Source: Squalus acanthias (lineage: Eukaryota). Taken from it: a stretch of 64,000 nucleotides of DNA. Position numbers and translations under genes: made by a program. Shown piece by piece: positions 36,138 through 49,533 of this stretch (positions are counted from its first letter, which is position 1; each line of letters opens with the position of its first letter). The stretch is from contig CM059432.1 of assembly GCA_030390025.1 (NCBI GenBank), positions 70,248,001 through 70,312,000 of the forward strand, read 5' to 3'. The notes below the pieces were generated by a model, which was not told the origin of the DNA, made no database searches, and was given only the letters and a program-made list of their open reading frames with translations.

Positions 36138-36476
36138 AACAACATAACTTATATTATTGCAAATTTCACCTTGCCAGTTTCTTTTATCTGGAGTGTAAAG
36201 TTGCTGCTGGTTCATCTCTGTGCCCATGTACGTAAAGTTGGTTTTAACTTTTGCTGAGTCTCTGTTTTTAAACTTCCTAGGCCTGGAAGATCAAAAAAGA
36301 CTGCTCCTGAATGGTGCATTTAGACCAATCAGGAAGCAGCCTTTTTGCACCAATCAGGATTTACTATATATGGGGGGAGGGGTCTAACATTTTTGTGTTT
36401 GCAGGCTCAGATTTTTTGTATGTGAGGATTTGGATTTCTGTGCAACATATGACCTACTCCCTGACTGTGACACATT

Positions 36477-37199
36477 GGGCTGGATATTAGCTCGAAGGCG
36501 GGGAGGAAACTGTTTTGAGGTCGGAAAATCCGGAAGTATGGATTCCCTGAACGTCCTGCAGTTCTTAATTGCAGGACATCTTTAAATGTTTTTCTGTAGG
36601 TTTCCTGCCCTCAGCCAGCCTGATTGACGGGGGGAAATCCTGCAGCACAAGGCCGCAGCTGAGCTGGGCTGAGAGCAGGTATGTCTAGTGGGGAGAAGTG
36701 GGAGAGATCGAGGGGTGGGGCGGTCTGATCACGGAGGGAGGGGTCTGATCACGGGGGATGTCCGATCACGAGGAGGGGCAGATGGTTGTTGGGGGGGAGC
36801 AGATGGTGGTCGGGGGGAGGGGTCCGATCGTGGTGGGGGGAGCAGACAGATCGCAGCTGGGGTGGGGGGGGGTAGGGTTACTGCGTAGCTCCTCCTAGGC
36901 CACAAGCAGTGCTTATGGATTTCGCCTCCTTTCATCTGCCGGGTTTCCCGAGGCCAGGGAAATGCTGCCACCTATGGTTAAAAATAGAATCACTTTTAAA
37001 ATGAAGGCACGCAGCCTCATTAAAATATTTAAATAACCTACTTCATGCGAGTGGCTTGGTCGACTGCCCCTCGTCCTGTCTCCATTAAAATCGGAAGTAG
37101 GCGTGTTCGAGGCGGGTTAGGTTCCTGTTTCAGATTTTTAGCTTTTTAACCTCCCACCTGAAACAAACCCACGTATTTTTGGGTGTTAAAATTCCCCCC
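36477..37199. mobile_element. Harbinger-type MITE, G-rich, related to 56139-56787 in opposite orientation
   Basis: Ends GGGCTGGATATT / AAAATTCCCCCC with TSD ATT at 36474-36476 and 37200-37202. Confidence 0.75.
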
Positions 37200-38539
37200 A
37201 TTATCTCAGCCCCAGCTCCAGAAGGTTGGACACCCCTGCTTTAAATAAAAAAATAGAAATTCAGTAAAGCTTTTTGGATGTTATTTCAAAGCCATCTGAA
37301 ATATTTTATGCAACCTGACATGACCAATTTCCTAGAAAGTAAATAACTTGCATTCATATAGCGCCTTTCATGACCTCAGGACGTCCCAAAGCGCTTTACA
37401 GCTAATGAAGTACTTTTGAAGTGTAGTCACTGTTGTAATGTAGGGAAATGTTCAAGGTAGTTTAGTTAACCTGGTCAAGCCTGAGTTTTGATTTCTGCTT
37501 CACTTCAGGCCTGCGCCAGGCTTAAAGTTAGATATGGTCACAGAAAAGGGTTCACACGTATAAATGTTTACGCTTAGAAATGATACTGTACCTTTATAAA
37601 ACTTGTATTTATATTGATTGTCTCAAAGTGCTTCACATTATGAGCTACTTTTGTCATGCAATTCACTGTTATGTAGCAAAGCACAGCAGTCATTCTGCAC
37701 CAGCAGTGTCTTACAGATAGCAACAAGATGAATGATTGGTAAAGATTTTTTTAGCAAAATTGTTTGAGAGAAGAGAACTCTTTGCTCTTCTTGCAATGGC
37801 GCCATGAGATTTTTAACATCCACTTAAACCATCAGAACAGACAGATTTAACATCTCAGCTGAAGGACAGTACTTCCAAAGATAAATCAGTACTACACTGG
37901 AGTGTCAGTCTAGATTATGATTTTAAAATCCTGGGGTTCAAACCCACAATCTTCTGACCGAGGGGTGAAAGTGCTACTAACTATGCCAAGCTGATTAAGC
38001 AAATTGCCAGTCCATACCAACATCATAAGGTTGATTTTAGAAAAGAGCACTCCTGGCAGGGAGCCTCCCCCTCCAGCAGCAGATCAATGATTTGCCATCC
38101 ATTACAATGAATGGATAGAAAATCATGAGCAGTGCACCTGTAATTCTTTGAAATGCCCAGCCAACGGGCGAGGCTCCCTGCTGGAGGTACATGTTTGTTA
38201 AATCGTTCATACATACATGACTTGCTCCACAATATCTTAGGTTTGTTTCCCATCATTGACAATAGTTACATGCACATAGTGTAGAATGTTAATTTTCATT
38301 ACTATTGAAGTATCTTATTTTGTAACTTGAGTTGCCACAGCACTAATTTTAGTATGTTGCATGGAACACAATTTTCTCAATATAGAATCTAGCAAAGTAA
38401 TTATAAACAGTAGCAACTATATGTGGTCTTGAAGAAAGTTTAAATGGTTTATTCAACAGTCAAGTATCTAAGGAGTAGGACTTGAGATCCTGGGTTAACT
38501 AGTATAATCACAATTCTTCTTCTGTGCCTTTATGTCTTC

Positions 38540-41130
38540 AGGTCAAGCATGGGCAAGGAAACCTCCTGCTGATTACCACCTACCATCCTCCCTCAGCTGA
38601 TGAATCAGTACTCCTCCATGTTGAACACCACTTGGAAGAAGCACTAAGAGTAGCAAGGTCACAGAATGTACTCTGGGTGGGGGACTTCAATGTCCATCAC
38701 CAAGAGTGGCTCGGTAGCACCACTACTGACCAAGCTGGCCGAGTCCTGATGGACATAGCTGCCAGTCTAGGCCTGCGACAGGTGGTGAGAGAACCAACAT
38801 GAGGAAAAAACCTACTTGACCTCGTCCTCACCAATCTACCTGTTGCAGATGCATCTGTCCATGACAGTATTGGTAGCAGTGACCACCGCACAGTCTTTGT
38901 GGAGACGAAGTCCCATCTTCACACTGAGGAAACCCTCCATCGTGTTGTGCGGCACTACCACCGTGCTAAATGGGATAGATTCAGAACAGATCTAGTAGCT
39001 CAAAACTGGGCATTCATGAGGCGCTGTGGGCCATCAGCAGCAGCAGAATTGTATTCCACCACAATCTGTAACCTAATGGCCCGGCATATCCCTCACTCTA
39101 CCATTACCATCAAGCCAGGGGACCAACCCTGGTTCAATAAGGAGTGTAGAAGACTATGCCAGGAGCAGCACCAGGCGTACCTAAAAATGAGGTGCCAACC
39201 TGGGGAAGCTTCAACACAGGACTACATGCATGCTAAAAAGTGGAAGCATCATGCTATAGACAGGGCTAAGCGATTCCACAATCAACAGATCAGATCAAAG
39301 CTCTGCAGTCCTGCCACATCTAGTCGTGAATGGTGGTGGACCATTAAACAACTAACGGGAGGAAGAGGCTCCATGAATATCCCAATCCTCAATGATGGTG
39401 GAGCCCAGCACGTGAGTGCAAAAGACAAGGCTAAAGCGTTTGCAACCATCTTCAGCCAGAAGTGCCGAGTGGATGATCCATATCGGCCTCCTCCTGAGGT
39501 CCCCACCATTACAGAAGCCAATCTTCAGTCAATTTGATTCACTCCACGTGATATCAAAAATGGCTGAGCACACTGGATACAGCAAAGGCTATGGGCCCCG
39601 ACAACATTCCGGCTATCGTGCTGAAGATTTGTGCTCCAGAACTAGCCGTACCTCTAGCCAAGCTGTTCCAGTACAGCTACAACACTGGCATCTATCCGAC
39701 AATGTGGAAAACTGCCCAGGTATGTCCTATCCACAAAAAGCAGGACAAATCCAACCCAGCCAATTACCGCCCCATCAGTCTACTCTCAATCATCAGTAAA
39801 GTGATGGAAGGTGTCATTGACAGTGCTATCAAGCGGCACTTACTCACCAATAACCTGCTCACTGATGCCCAGTTTGGGTTCCGCCAAGACCACTCGGCTC
39901 CCAACCTCATTACAGTCTTGGTTCAAACATGGACAAAGGAGCTGAATTCCAGAGGTGAGGTGAGAGTGACTGCCCTTGACATCAAGGCAGCATTTGACAG
40001 AGTGTGGCATCAAGGAGCCCCAGTAAAACTGAAGTCAATGGGAATCGGGGGGAAAACGCTCCACTGGCTGGAGTCATACCTAGCACAAAGGAAGATGGTT
40101 GTGGTGGTTGATGGTCAATCATCACAGCCCCAGGACATCACTGCAGGAGTTCCTTAGGGCAGTGTCCTAGGCCCAACCATCTTCAGCTGCTTCATCAATG
40201 AACTTCCCTCCAACATAAGGTTACAAATGGGGATGTTCGCTGATGACTGCACAGCGTTCAGCACCATTCACAACTCCTCAGATAATGAAGCAGTCCATGC
40301 CCGCATGCAACAAGACCTGGACGATGTTCAGGCTTGGGCTGATAAGTGGCAGGTAACATTTGCGCCTCAGAAGTGCCAGGCAATGACTATCTCCAACAAG
40401 CGAGAGTCTAACCACCTCCCCATGACATTCAACAGCATTACCATCGCCGAATCCCCCACCATCAACATCCTGGGGGTCACCATTGACAAGAAACTTAACT
40501 GGACCAGCCAGATAAGTACTGTGGCAACAAGAGCAGGTCAGAGGCTAGGTATTCTGTGGCGAGTGTCTCACCTCCTGACTCCCCAAAGCCTTTCCACCAT
40601 CTACAAGGCACAAGTAAGGAGTGTGATGGAATACTCTCCACTTGCGTGGATGAGTGCAGCTCCAACAACACTCATGAAGCTTGCCACCATCCAGGACAAA
40701 GCAGCCCGCTTGATTGGCACCCATCCTCCACCTTAAATATTCACTCCCTCCACCACTGGCATACCGTGGCTGTAGTGTGTACCATCTACAAGATGCACTG
40801 CAGCAACTCGCCAAGGCTTCTTCGGCAGCACCTCCCAAACCCACGACCTCTTTCACCTAGAAGAACAAGGGCAGTAGGCGCATGGGAACACCACCACCTC
40901 CAAGTTCCCCTCCAAGTCACACACCATCCTGACTTAGAAGTATATCGCCGATCCTTCATCGTCGCTGGGTCAAAATCCTGGAACTCCCTACCTAACAGCA
41001 CTGTGGGAGTACCTTCACCACACGGACTGCAGCGGTTCAAGGCGGCGGCTCACCACCACCTTCTCAAGGGCAATTAGGGATGGGCAATAAATGCTGGCCT
41101 TGCCAGCGATGCCCACATCCCATAAACTAA
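38540..41130 (+). mobile_element. Non-LTR retrotransposon (CR1/Jockey group, distinct from the vertebrate-type CR1 copies), 5'-truncated, lightly decayed ORF2
   Basis: APE motifs TYHPPS, WVGDFNVHH, LLDLVLTN, SDH. RT motifs GPDNIPAIVLK..APELAVPLAKLF, NYRPISLLSIISKVME, QFGFR, LDIKAAFDRVWH, AGVP*GSVLGP, FADD. A few stops and frameshifts. 3' end gggcaataaatgctggccttgccagcgatgcccacatccc. Confidence 0.9.
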
Positions 41131-41996
41131 TTTAAAAAAAATTTAAGTCGCAAAACTGAAAGTTGTATTTACAAAGAAACACTTTAGGAAGACCAGATCA
41201 AAGAACCAAATTAGTGTTTAATATTTCTTCTTTCAGGCAAGATCCACATTTCAAGGATCATCACTGCCATGTTTATAATATATCGTTTTGTAAAGGTACA
41301 CCAGCGATTGCTGTCGTTGAGCAGGCCCTTCTCTAAATCCCCAGAGGGAGCCTCTTCCTCTAAGGAGTAGCCCAGATCCAGCTCATCCTGCTGAAACACT
41401 GAAGGAAACCATTGTGCGGTGTAATGAATAGGAAGTGTTGCCTTTGAATACTTAGATCTGGATGTGTGCATAAACGAGGCATAAGATAGTCAATAAAAAA
41501 TTCCATAGCATAGCCCGTCTCTAAATAGAAGATATTTGAAAGGTAAAATTATTGTGTATTGTGAGGTGAAAGTAATACAGTCTGAGAAATCAATTACAAT
41601 AATAATGCTGTCATAATGATTGACTAGTTTGAGAACTATTAATTTGAAATTCATCTGTGTACTATTTTTAAAACACTGATTGACATGTTTGCTTCAAATT
41701 CCCATGTGTGCTCTTCTTATAAAGTTTCTAACCAGAAACAGGTCAACAATTTCATTAAAATAGTAGACACAAGAATTTGACGCAAAACATATTAACCAGT
41801 CTCACAATAAGTCAAAATATTGTGGTAAATCAAAAATAATCAGAGCATCTTCACTCTAACGTTGAAAGGTAAGTCCATATTTCGGTTTACGATACAAAAG
41901 AGATTTCTGACCAAGTTGACATTTGCGAATATCATGCTGAAGTTAAAGGTCTTGTTATTGATTTGGAATGAGAGGCCACAGCACCAAGGAATTCAG

Positions 41997-43042
41997 TGGG
42001 GTCAATCTTAAACTTACCCGCCTGGGGGTAACTGGGTGGATGGGCAGTTCAAATCCAATAGGTTACCTTAACCCGCTCAGATCCCGACCATTTGCAGTGT
42101 TAACCTTCAGGGTTTTGCAGGCAGGTGAGGTGCCTGGATAAGGCAGGTGGGAGCCTCATAAATTTAGACAATTCAAGGTCCTATAATCCCAATGTACACC
42201 ATGAGTACACCTCTGAAAAATAACATGGAACTGGGAACTAAGAATCTACCCACCCTCCTTCAGGAATTGCTGTGTGGCCCAGGAGAACCAGAGAGGGGGA
42301 AGGAACTAAAAGAAATTGTAAAACGGGCTTTACAAGAGGATGTGGATTTTAACCCTTAGAACATTGAATTTCTATGGCACTCTGTAGAATCCAATACCCG
42401 AATTTAACTCTCTCCTCCCCCCCACCCCCCGCCGCCCCCCCCCCCCCGGCCCGGCGGAAACCAGGCCATGGGGGGCAGTTAAAATGAGGGCAGTCACTTA
42501 CCCCCTCTGGTCCTGCTGCCTTCCCGCCTTTTCCTGATGTTAACCTGCTCTTTTGAGCAGGCGAGCAGGACACCTGCAGGAAGGAAGCGGAGCTCGTCTT
42601 TAAAAATGCAGATCGGGTCCCGATCATGTCACCGGGACCCAACTGCAATATTCGTTGGAGGCCTGAGCCGGGGAGCAGTGCCGGCTTCTCCGTAAGGTCA
42701 AACCTGCCAGGAGGTGGATCGTGGGCCAGACGATGCCTACCCAAGGCAGCTAAGTAATTACATTTAATTTTAGGTTTCCTTGTGGGCTAGGAGGAGCAGG
42801 AGTGCTCCTCCCGTCACTCTGCCCGCATCCAGAGCCCCCTCACCACTTAATTGGATCCCCGGCTACGGCCTCCTGCTGCTGAATTCCCGCTCCTGCCTGC
42901 CGGGTTTGGGCGGGTCAGCGAGAAAATTTATGGCGATGTGGCCCAGCCGGTAAGATCGGCCAGTCCTTCACGTCCTCGAACTTCCCCTGTTCGCCGCCTG
43001 CTTCGGAGCTCACACGCACCCTACCCTTTAAAATTGGGGCCC
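41997..43042. mobile_element. Harbinger-type MITE fragments just upstream of the XKR4 exon
   Basis: GC-rich blocks with TIR-like ends (gggggtcaatcttaaac...; ...ccctttaaaattggggccc). Probably two elements; boundaries uncertain. Confidence 0.45.
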
Positions 43043-43333
43043 AAATATTTCATCAGATATTACAACACTGATGGACAGTAGTATTATAATACTCACAGGT
43101 TAGCAGGGATTTAAAAAAATCATGTTTTAGGAAAGGTATTTGAATGAACAAATATATGAAAGGAATTATATTTTTGAATTAATGTTATATAATTGAAGTG
43201 GTACTTTTTGGAAAGATCTTTTTAGAAAGATTTAAACTCAAATTTGTCATGTTTTACTTTTGTTCAAAAGGTCAGGCCTGACATTGATGATCTAAAATCA
43301 CTTACTATTTGTGTACTTTTATCTTTTCTACAG

Positions 43334-44262
43334 GCCTTACAGCTGCAGCATCTTTGGTGTCCTTGGCCTGGGCCTTGGCCTCCTACCAGAAGGCTCTTCG
43401 TGACTCCAGAAATGATAAAAAACCCATCAGCTACCTGGCTGTTATCATTCAGTTCTGTTGGCATTTCTTCACTATTGCAGCCAGAGTCATCACATTTGCC
43501 TTGTTTGCATCAGTTTTCCAGCTCTATTTTGGGATCTTCATTGTCTTGCATTGGTGCATCATGACTTTCTGGATTGTTCATTGTGAAACAGAGTTCTGCA
43601 TAACCAAGTGGGAGGAGATTGTATTTGACATGGTTGTTGGAATAATCTACATTTTCAGTTGGTTCAATGTTAAAGAAGGAAGGACTCGGTGTCGGCTGTT
43701 CATCTACTACTTTGTAATCCTTTTGGAAAACACTGCCTTGAGTGCTCTGTGGTACTTGTACCGAGCACCTCAAATAACAGATGCTTTCGCCATACCAGCG
43801 CTTTGTGTTGTCTTTAGTAGTTTTTTGACTGGAATCGTTTTTATGTTGATGTATTATGCCTTTTTTCATCCAAATGGACCAAGGTTTGGCCAGTCACCAA
43901 GCTGTGCTTGCAAGGAGCCTGTGGCCACTTTCAATTTGCCTGCAGAGGCGGCAGCAAATGTTTTGAGGGCTGCGTCCCAAAACAGGGAACAGAAACTCAC
44001 AGAAAGGGATGGTTGTATGCCTGTTTTTCAGGTCAGACCTACTGCACCCTCCACGCCATCTTCTCGCACTCCACGGATAGAAGAAACTGTGATCAAAATT
44101 GACCTTTTGAGAAACAAGTATCCAGCATGGGACAGACATGTTTTGGACAGAAGTCTGAGAAAGGCCATCCTTGCATTTGAATGTGCATCCTCGCCACCTC
44201 AACTCCAATACAAGGATGAAGCCCTCATTGAAGAACAGCTGGAGTATGAAACAACTCTGTGA
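43334..44262 (+). CDS. XKR4: XK-related protein 4 (phospholipid scramblase), terminal coding exon
   Basis: The translation [25 protein letters not shown]...[54 protein letters not shown]...[17 protein letters not shown]...LEYETTL* closely matches my recollection of the vertebrate XKR4 last exon. A polypyrimidine tract and acceptor (ttttatcttttctacag|G) end at 43333, giving a phase-1 intron. Stop TGA at 44260-44262. Confidence 0.95.
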
Positions 44263-46290
44263 TAAGTTAACAAGTTGTTTTGTTAAGAAAACCAGTTGCC
44301 AAACCAGAGGTTGAAACTAGGGTTGTGGTGATAACAGTGGGTGGAAGATTTCCTCTGTGTGCTGCATCTAGTGAGATCGTAAACCTATTCTTTATAAATC
44401 GGTTTATGATGTTGATGCACACAATACATTAGTGTATATGCCATCATGAACATCAATGTTTATGAACTTGGAGAGGCAGACAAATATTACTATGGTTATC
44501 ATTTTCTTATAACTTTAATGATATGGTGCTAATTCATCTGCCAGCATAATTTACCAAAATCGGGCTTCTCTAAGCTGTCAAGAATTCAAAATACATTATT
44601 TGCTGGCAGTATGAACATGCACATTTTCTAGTATCTAAAAATGAACATCATTTGTCTCTTTGATTTATGTAATCAAGAGTTAAAAAATGTGATTTTGTTG
44701 ATTTTTTTTATATTGTGAACTCTGCTAGAAAGTAACTTTTTAAATGGATAATCGTGATATTGTGGACTAAATTTTATGCAGACGTTGAAAACAAACTTGG
44801 CAGCTTTCCATTCTGGATTGTATCATCGTGAGAACTGAAATGGAATTTTAAGTATCTACATATATGTATAAAGCTTAAGTAAAGGCGTCTGCACCAAAAC
44901 ACAAGCCTGCACTTTGTGGCTGTTTAGTAATTTGATGGAGCATATAGCCCTGGATTTTGGGTATCAAACAGGGTTGTGATGATCTCAGTGTGGAAGCCAA
45001 GAAATGGATGTGAATTTACCAAGACAGTCAAGATCCAATTTAGTTTCAACCTCTGCAAATGCAGGCACACACCATTAGTACAGTGGGAGATACATATCTG
45101 AATAGAAAGGAAGCACAGACTGCCAAACAGATTGTCAGCTACTGGACAGAGTTCTAGTTGAAGCCAGTTTTACTAACTGACTATGATACCTTCCTCAGTA
45201 TTGGAAGCTCTGTTTGGGCTAGAATCCCGCACTGTAATCACTATTCGTGCAGTCAAAATGTGCACTCTTCAGAAAGGATAGTGAGGGATGCAGTAAGCTA
45301 ATTAATTGTGAAACTTTTTGCAAACTGTTGCAAGAGAAGATTGGCAAAATTGTTTCCACTTCGATGGACATTATTGAGAGTGTATAAAGGCACTGCATTC
45401 TGTGGTAATGTAATTGTATAAATCAGTGATGAACAATTGGATGCCACTGTGGTAGGGAGTAGTTTTAAAATACATTGCATTAGAAAAGGTTGATTTTGCT
45501 TGTCAGTGGCAGCTGTTTTTACTTACTGTACATTATTTACGTTTCAGTTATTAATATTTTACCAGTACAAGTGCTTTTGTCCGAAGAATCTAAATTCAAA
45601 GGGAATATGCAAAGAATAGTTTCAGTGAAATTGCTTTGTCTTTTCACAAAAGGATTTTTCCATTGTTATAAAAAAGATGTTTTTAAGAGAAAACTTGTTT
45701 CGGGATTTTGCTTTTTTGATTATTCTGATACAATGTATATATTACATGCTAAAAGATGTTTTACATCTGTTAATTTGTGTAAGATACTACAATTTCTCCC
45801 ATTTTCCATAATTTGCATCAATGTTTCAGTTGTACAGTATGCTATACATGTCAGCCATGGATAACCTAATGTGCAGATATTAAATGAGCTCCATGCCTAA
45901 TAGGTCATTACTTGCCAATCCTGTATTTCTAGCTCTCTAGTGAATATGGCAGTGTTGAAACTGAAAGGTTGATCAATATTAAAAATACATAGCATACTAC
46001 AGACAGATTGACAGCTATCATAAATTCGTGGAATATGATTTGCAGTGCAGAAATTTAAGGTTGGGGAATAAATCGGTTCATATTGCGCCATTTGATGATT
46101 TGATATTTCTATCTATCTGACTTTTTGACTAATCTGAGCAGTATGGCAATCTTTACACAAAGGTATAAAAAGCAGTAAAAATCCTATGACATTATTTCTT
46201 TGTCCATAAATACATTTATAAATAAACAATTTATAAAGTTACTAATTAGCAAATAAATGGTTGTTTGATTTTTTTTATCTAGAAACAATC
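44263..46290 (+). other. Probable proximal XKR4 3' UTR with candidate poly(A) signals
   Basis: AT-rich stretch with no recognisable repeats directly after the stop. AATAAA at 46221-46226 and 46252-46257 is followed by a GU/U-rich tract (ttgtttgattttttttat). The true end may lie further downstream. Confidence 0.5.
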
Positions 46291-46639
46291 TATTATGTCA
46301 TTATCTTGTCTGTAAATATATACAGATGTTCTGCCCAAGATGGCCTTAGGATAGTGAGAGCAAAAGGTCTTTCACTGGACTGTGGCCTCAGTCTCTGATT
46401 TAATTAACCAACTCCTCCAAGGAATTTTGCATCAAAGTCATGTCTTAAGGGGGGAACTTTTTAATGTAAATGCCAAATGCCAGTAAAAGCCCAACAAACA
46501 TGCTTTACAGACTGAGGGCATCACTCTTCCCAGAAATTCTGCACTCGTGTCATAGTAGCTGGAAGTAAAACCTGTCACTTGAATTATTCTCTATACTGAA
46601 AGTTTACAGCTGAGCATTTTTATAAACAACTTATTGACT

Positions 46640-47000
46640 GTCAAAATACTAATGTGGAACTCGCTACCACAGGAAGTGATTGAGGCAAATAACTTAGGTG
46701 CTTTCAAAAGGAAACTAGACGAGTACGTGAGGGAAAAGGGAATAGAAAGATACGCTGAAAGGCTGAGATGAGGTAGATGGAATGGGAGGAGACTCGTGTG
46801 GAGTATAAACACCAGCACAGACTAGCCTGTTTCTGTGCTGTATATTCTATGTAATTTCTATGTAATGCAATTCAGAATTGAATCATTCAGCACAGAAGGA
46901 GGCCATTAAGCCCACCGTACCTGTGCCAGCTCTATGAAAGAGCTATCCAATTAGTCCTACTCCCCTGCTCGTTCCCTATAGCCCTACAAATATTCCCTTT
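46640..47000. mobile_element. Two old CR1 3' fragments, tail to tail
   Basis: A + copy (tgtggaactcgctaccacagg...cctgtttctgtgctgtatattctatgtaa) followed by a - copy (cagcacagaaggaggccattaagccc...). Confidence 0.65.
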
Positions 47001-48619
47001 CAATGGTCAATGGTCATTCTACGTTACACACTTCTGGAACTCGGCTCTTGAACACTGTGGTGAAACATTCATCATTGCTTTCAACATCCCCAAAGCAATT
47101 TTACTGCGGACTTCTAAACAAGCTACTGTCATATAGCATCCCACCAAAACTAGTTCACGATTATCAGGTTTTCTCTCAAAATCCTCTATATGTGCTGTAG
47201 TTGATGGCTTATCCTGAGTTCTTTCTGCATTCTCCTCTTTCCCAGGTCTTCTCCTCTCATTATCCAGCCCTGACCACTCTTTTGCTAATAATTTTCCTCA
47301 AGATTCATCGACATCCTTCAGATCACACACCCTCAGTGCTCACAACCTCCAGTTCTCTCGGTGCATAGGCTGAATTATTACACTTAGGTCTTTTTCATGA
47401 CCTTCAATGGAGCAATGAAAATCTTGTTTCTTTCAGTTCTTCCCCTGTTATCTTTGCTTTATCGAAGAAGGGAACAAACACGGAAGACTGTCAGCTGGTC
47501 AAGCTGTGCCAAAAGCACATGGAATCCACCTAAACACCAGTATATACTGGCAAAGGCAGTGCTACCTCAAATCGTAAAAAGCCGCCCACTGAAGTGGCAT
47601 AAATTGGGTAGCTAGTTGAGGAAAATGGGCAGGAGTTGCACTCTGTTGGAATGCCCAGCAACTTTTGCACCTGCTCTATTTTCTAATGTAATTTCCATTG
47701 GCCAGGGAAGCTCCCATATATGGGTGGCTAAATGCAAATGAGACATTAATGATGTGATGATGTCATAAGTCGCATGTTTCTCATTTTTACCCCAATTGCT
47801 GCCACTGATGTTCTCGCCCATATGAAATTGATACCCAAGGTCACTGGGCACAAGAGAAAAGGCAGGAGTGAATTTCAAGAGCCAATAGCTAAATTGGTAG
47901 GATTTCCAGAAATCTTAAGAGTTGCTTTGCGGTGGAGATTCTCCTGATTGTCCACTGTAACTGTGGTGGAAGATCTGTGGAAACCTTGGGGGAATAGTAT
48001 AAACCCCCCACCCTATTTCTGACTCAATTTTGTTGGGGGGGTTTTCTGGGATTTTATTGACAGCTACTTTCCCAGCTGTCTTTGTGTCACTTGCCATGTG
48101 GCTACCATTTACCCTTGCCCTCCATTATGGAGGCTGCAGAGGAGGGAGGGACCCAGGAAAATTAGCCAGAAGAACAGCAGAAATCTTAAGAGATTGCGGA
48201 GGAAAACCTCAAACCGACTACAAAGGAGATTTGTGCTAATTTCGTACAAGAAACCTCTTGACTTCCACATCTGGCCATTATATTAACAGTCCTATCTGCA
48301 ACAATGTAGCCCAATCTGCTCAACAACTCACTTAGCTCCCATTAAGCTAACAAATAAAAGCAACTTCCACACCTTTCCAAAAACAAACCCTGCACACACA
48401 AAAACTTTAGTGCCATCATAAGTTTACTGTCAATCCATACTGTGTGTGTGAATGCCTAGTGCTTTTACGACATTACTTCCCCTTGGTGCTAGTATGTGAA
48501 GTATGAATTCTTAACACTAATCTAGTGCTTCTCCTAAGTACTGCTTAAGTGGCAGGAGTGTGTGAGGTGGCTGGCTGCTGTGTGTCAATATTATCAATAT
48601 TGTCTAAATCCTGAAACAG

Positions 48620-48960
48620 ACCCGCTACATGCTACATCTCTCGAGCTGTTGCATAGGCAACCTGACACTGCCTCCTTTCTGCCACATATGCAGACATAGG
48701 TAGGGCTGGCACTGAGGTCCCATGCATGGAGTGGATGAATTGGCACTTACAGCTTTAGTCATCTCCGTGAACTGGCCTGCTGCAGCTATCCTTGAAGCCC
48801 TCCTTTTGTTGTTTCCAAAGAGGGCCTCTCTCCTCAGCCTAACCTCCTGAAGCAGCACTTCAACATCAGAATCTGCACAGCTGGGGGGCCCTGTGCCCTG
48901 CAAGTGATCTCTCCAACATTTGGATAGCCATCACAAACTTTCCTACAGCCAAAATGATTT
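48620..48960 (-). pseudogene. Harbinger Myb/SANT gene remnant
   Basis: PPSCADSDVEVLLQEVRLRREALFGNNKRRASRIAAAGQFTEMTKAVSANSSTPCMGPQCQ, which is Myb_DNA-bind_5-like. Confidence 0.7.
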
Positions 48961-49346
48961 TGTGGATGCCCGGTGCTATAAGCTACTATCAGCCTTTAAA
49001 TCCTGCTGCAACATACTGTTTCATGTACCCTAGTCAGCAATTATAATGTCTGGAGTTCGTCTAAATTATTTTAATTGAGCTGACCTCAGGAATTACAATG
49101 CCATCAGTGCCAATGATGTTGGGTGGGTGCCAATCCTGGCCTGCCACACTTCTAGTGGGGATCATGACCCACCACAAAATCTGAGGTATAGTTTCTTCAT
49201 GTCTCTTACAGGTCTAATCAATGATTACCACCACCTGCCTTTGTTGGCTCCATTTTTATACATTCTTTATCTACCAACAATCGTAGCCTCACTATCTCCA
49301 CTGACCTCAAATGGAACTCCCACATCTCCATCACTGCTGAAATTAT

Positions 49347-49533
49347 GGGGGTAGTTTTAACCCCTCTCGCCTGGTGGGAAACTGGTGGGTTCAGATCGGC
49401 TGCTCGTTTCACACCGCGCCTGATTTTATTTTCTATTTACTTTGGAGGAAAGTAAAATCAGATGGATTGTAAAATGGTGCCTGATCAGATCCTGTCAGTT
49501 TCTCATCACGCTGGTCAGGTTAAAATTACCGCC
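49347..49533. mobile_element. Short Harbinger-type MITE
   Basis: GGGGGTAGTTTTAACC / GGTTAAAATTACCGCC. Similar short elements at ~58014-58172 and ~20560-20646. Confidence 0.55.

Noticed and set aside
43309..43333. N-terminal residues MCTFIFST of the 317-aa ORF
   Set aside because: This is intronic polypyrimidine tract and splice acceptor; homology begins at 43334.
45490..45864. 124-aa hydrophobic ORF
   Set aside because: Non-ATG start in the AT-rich presumed UTR, with no recognisable domain.
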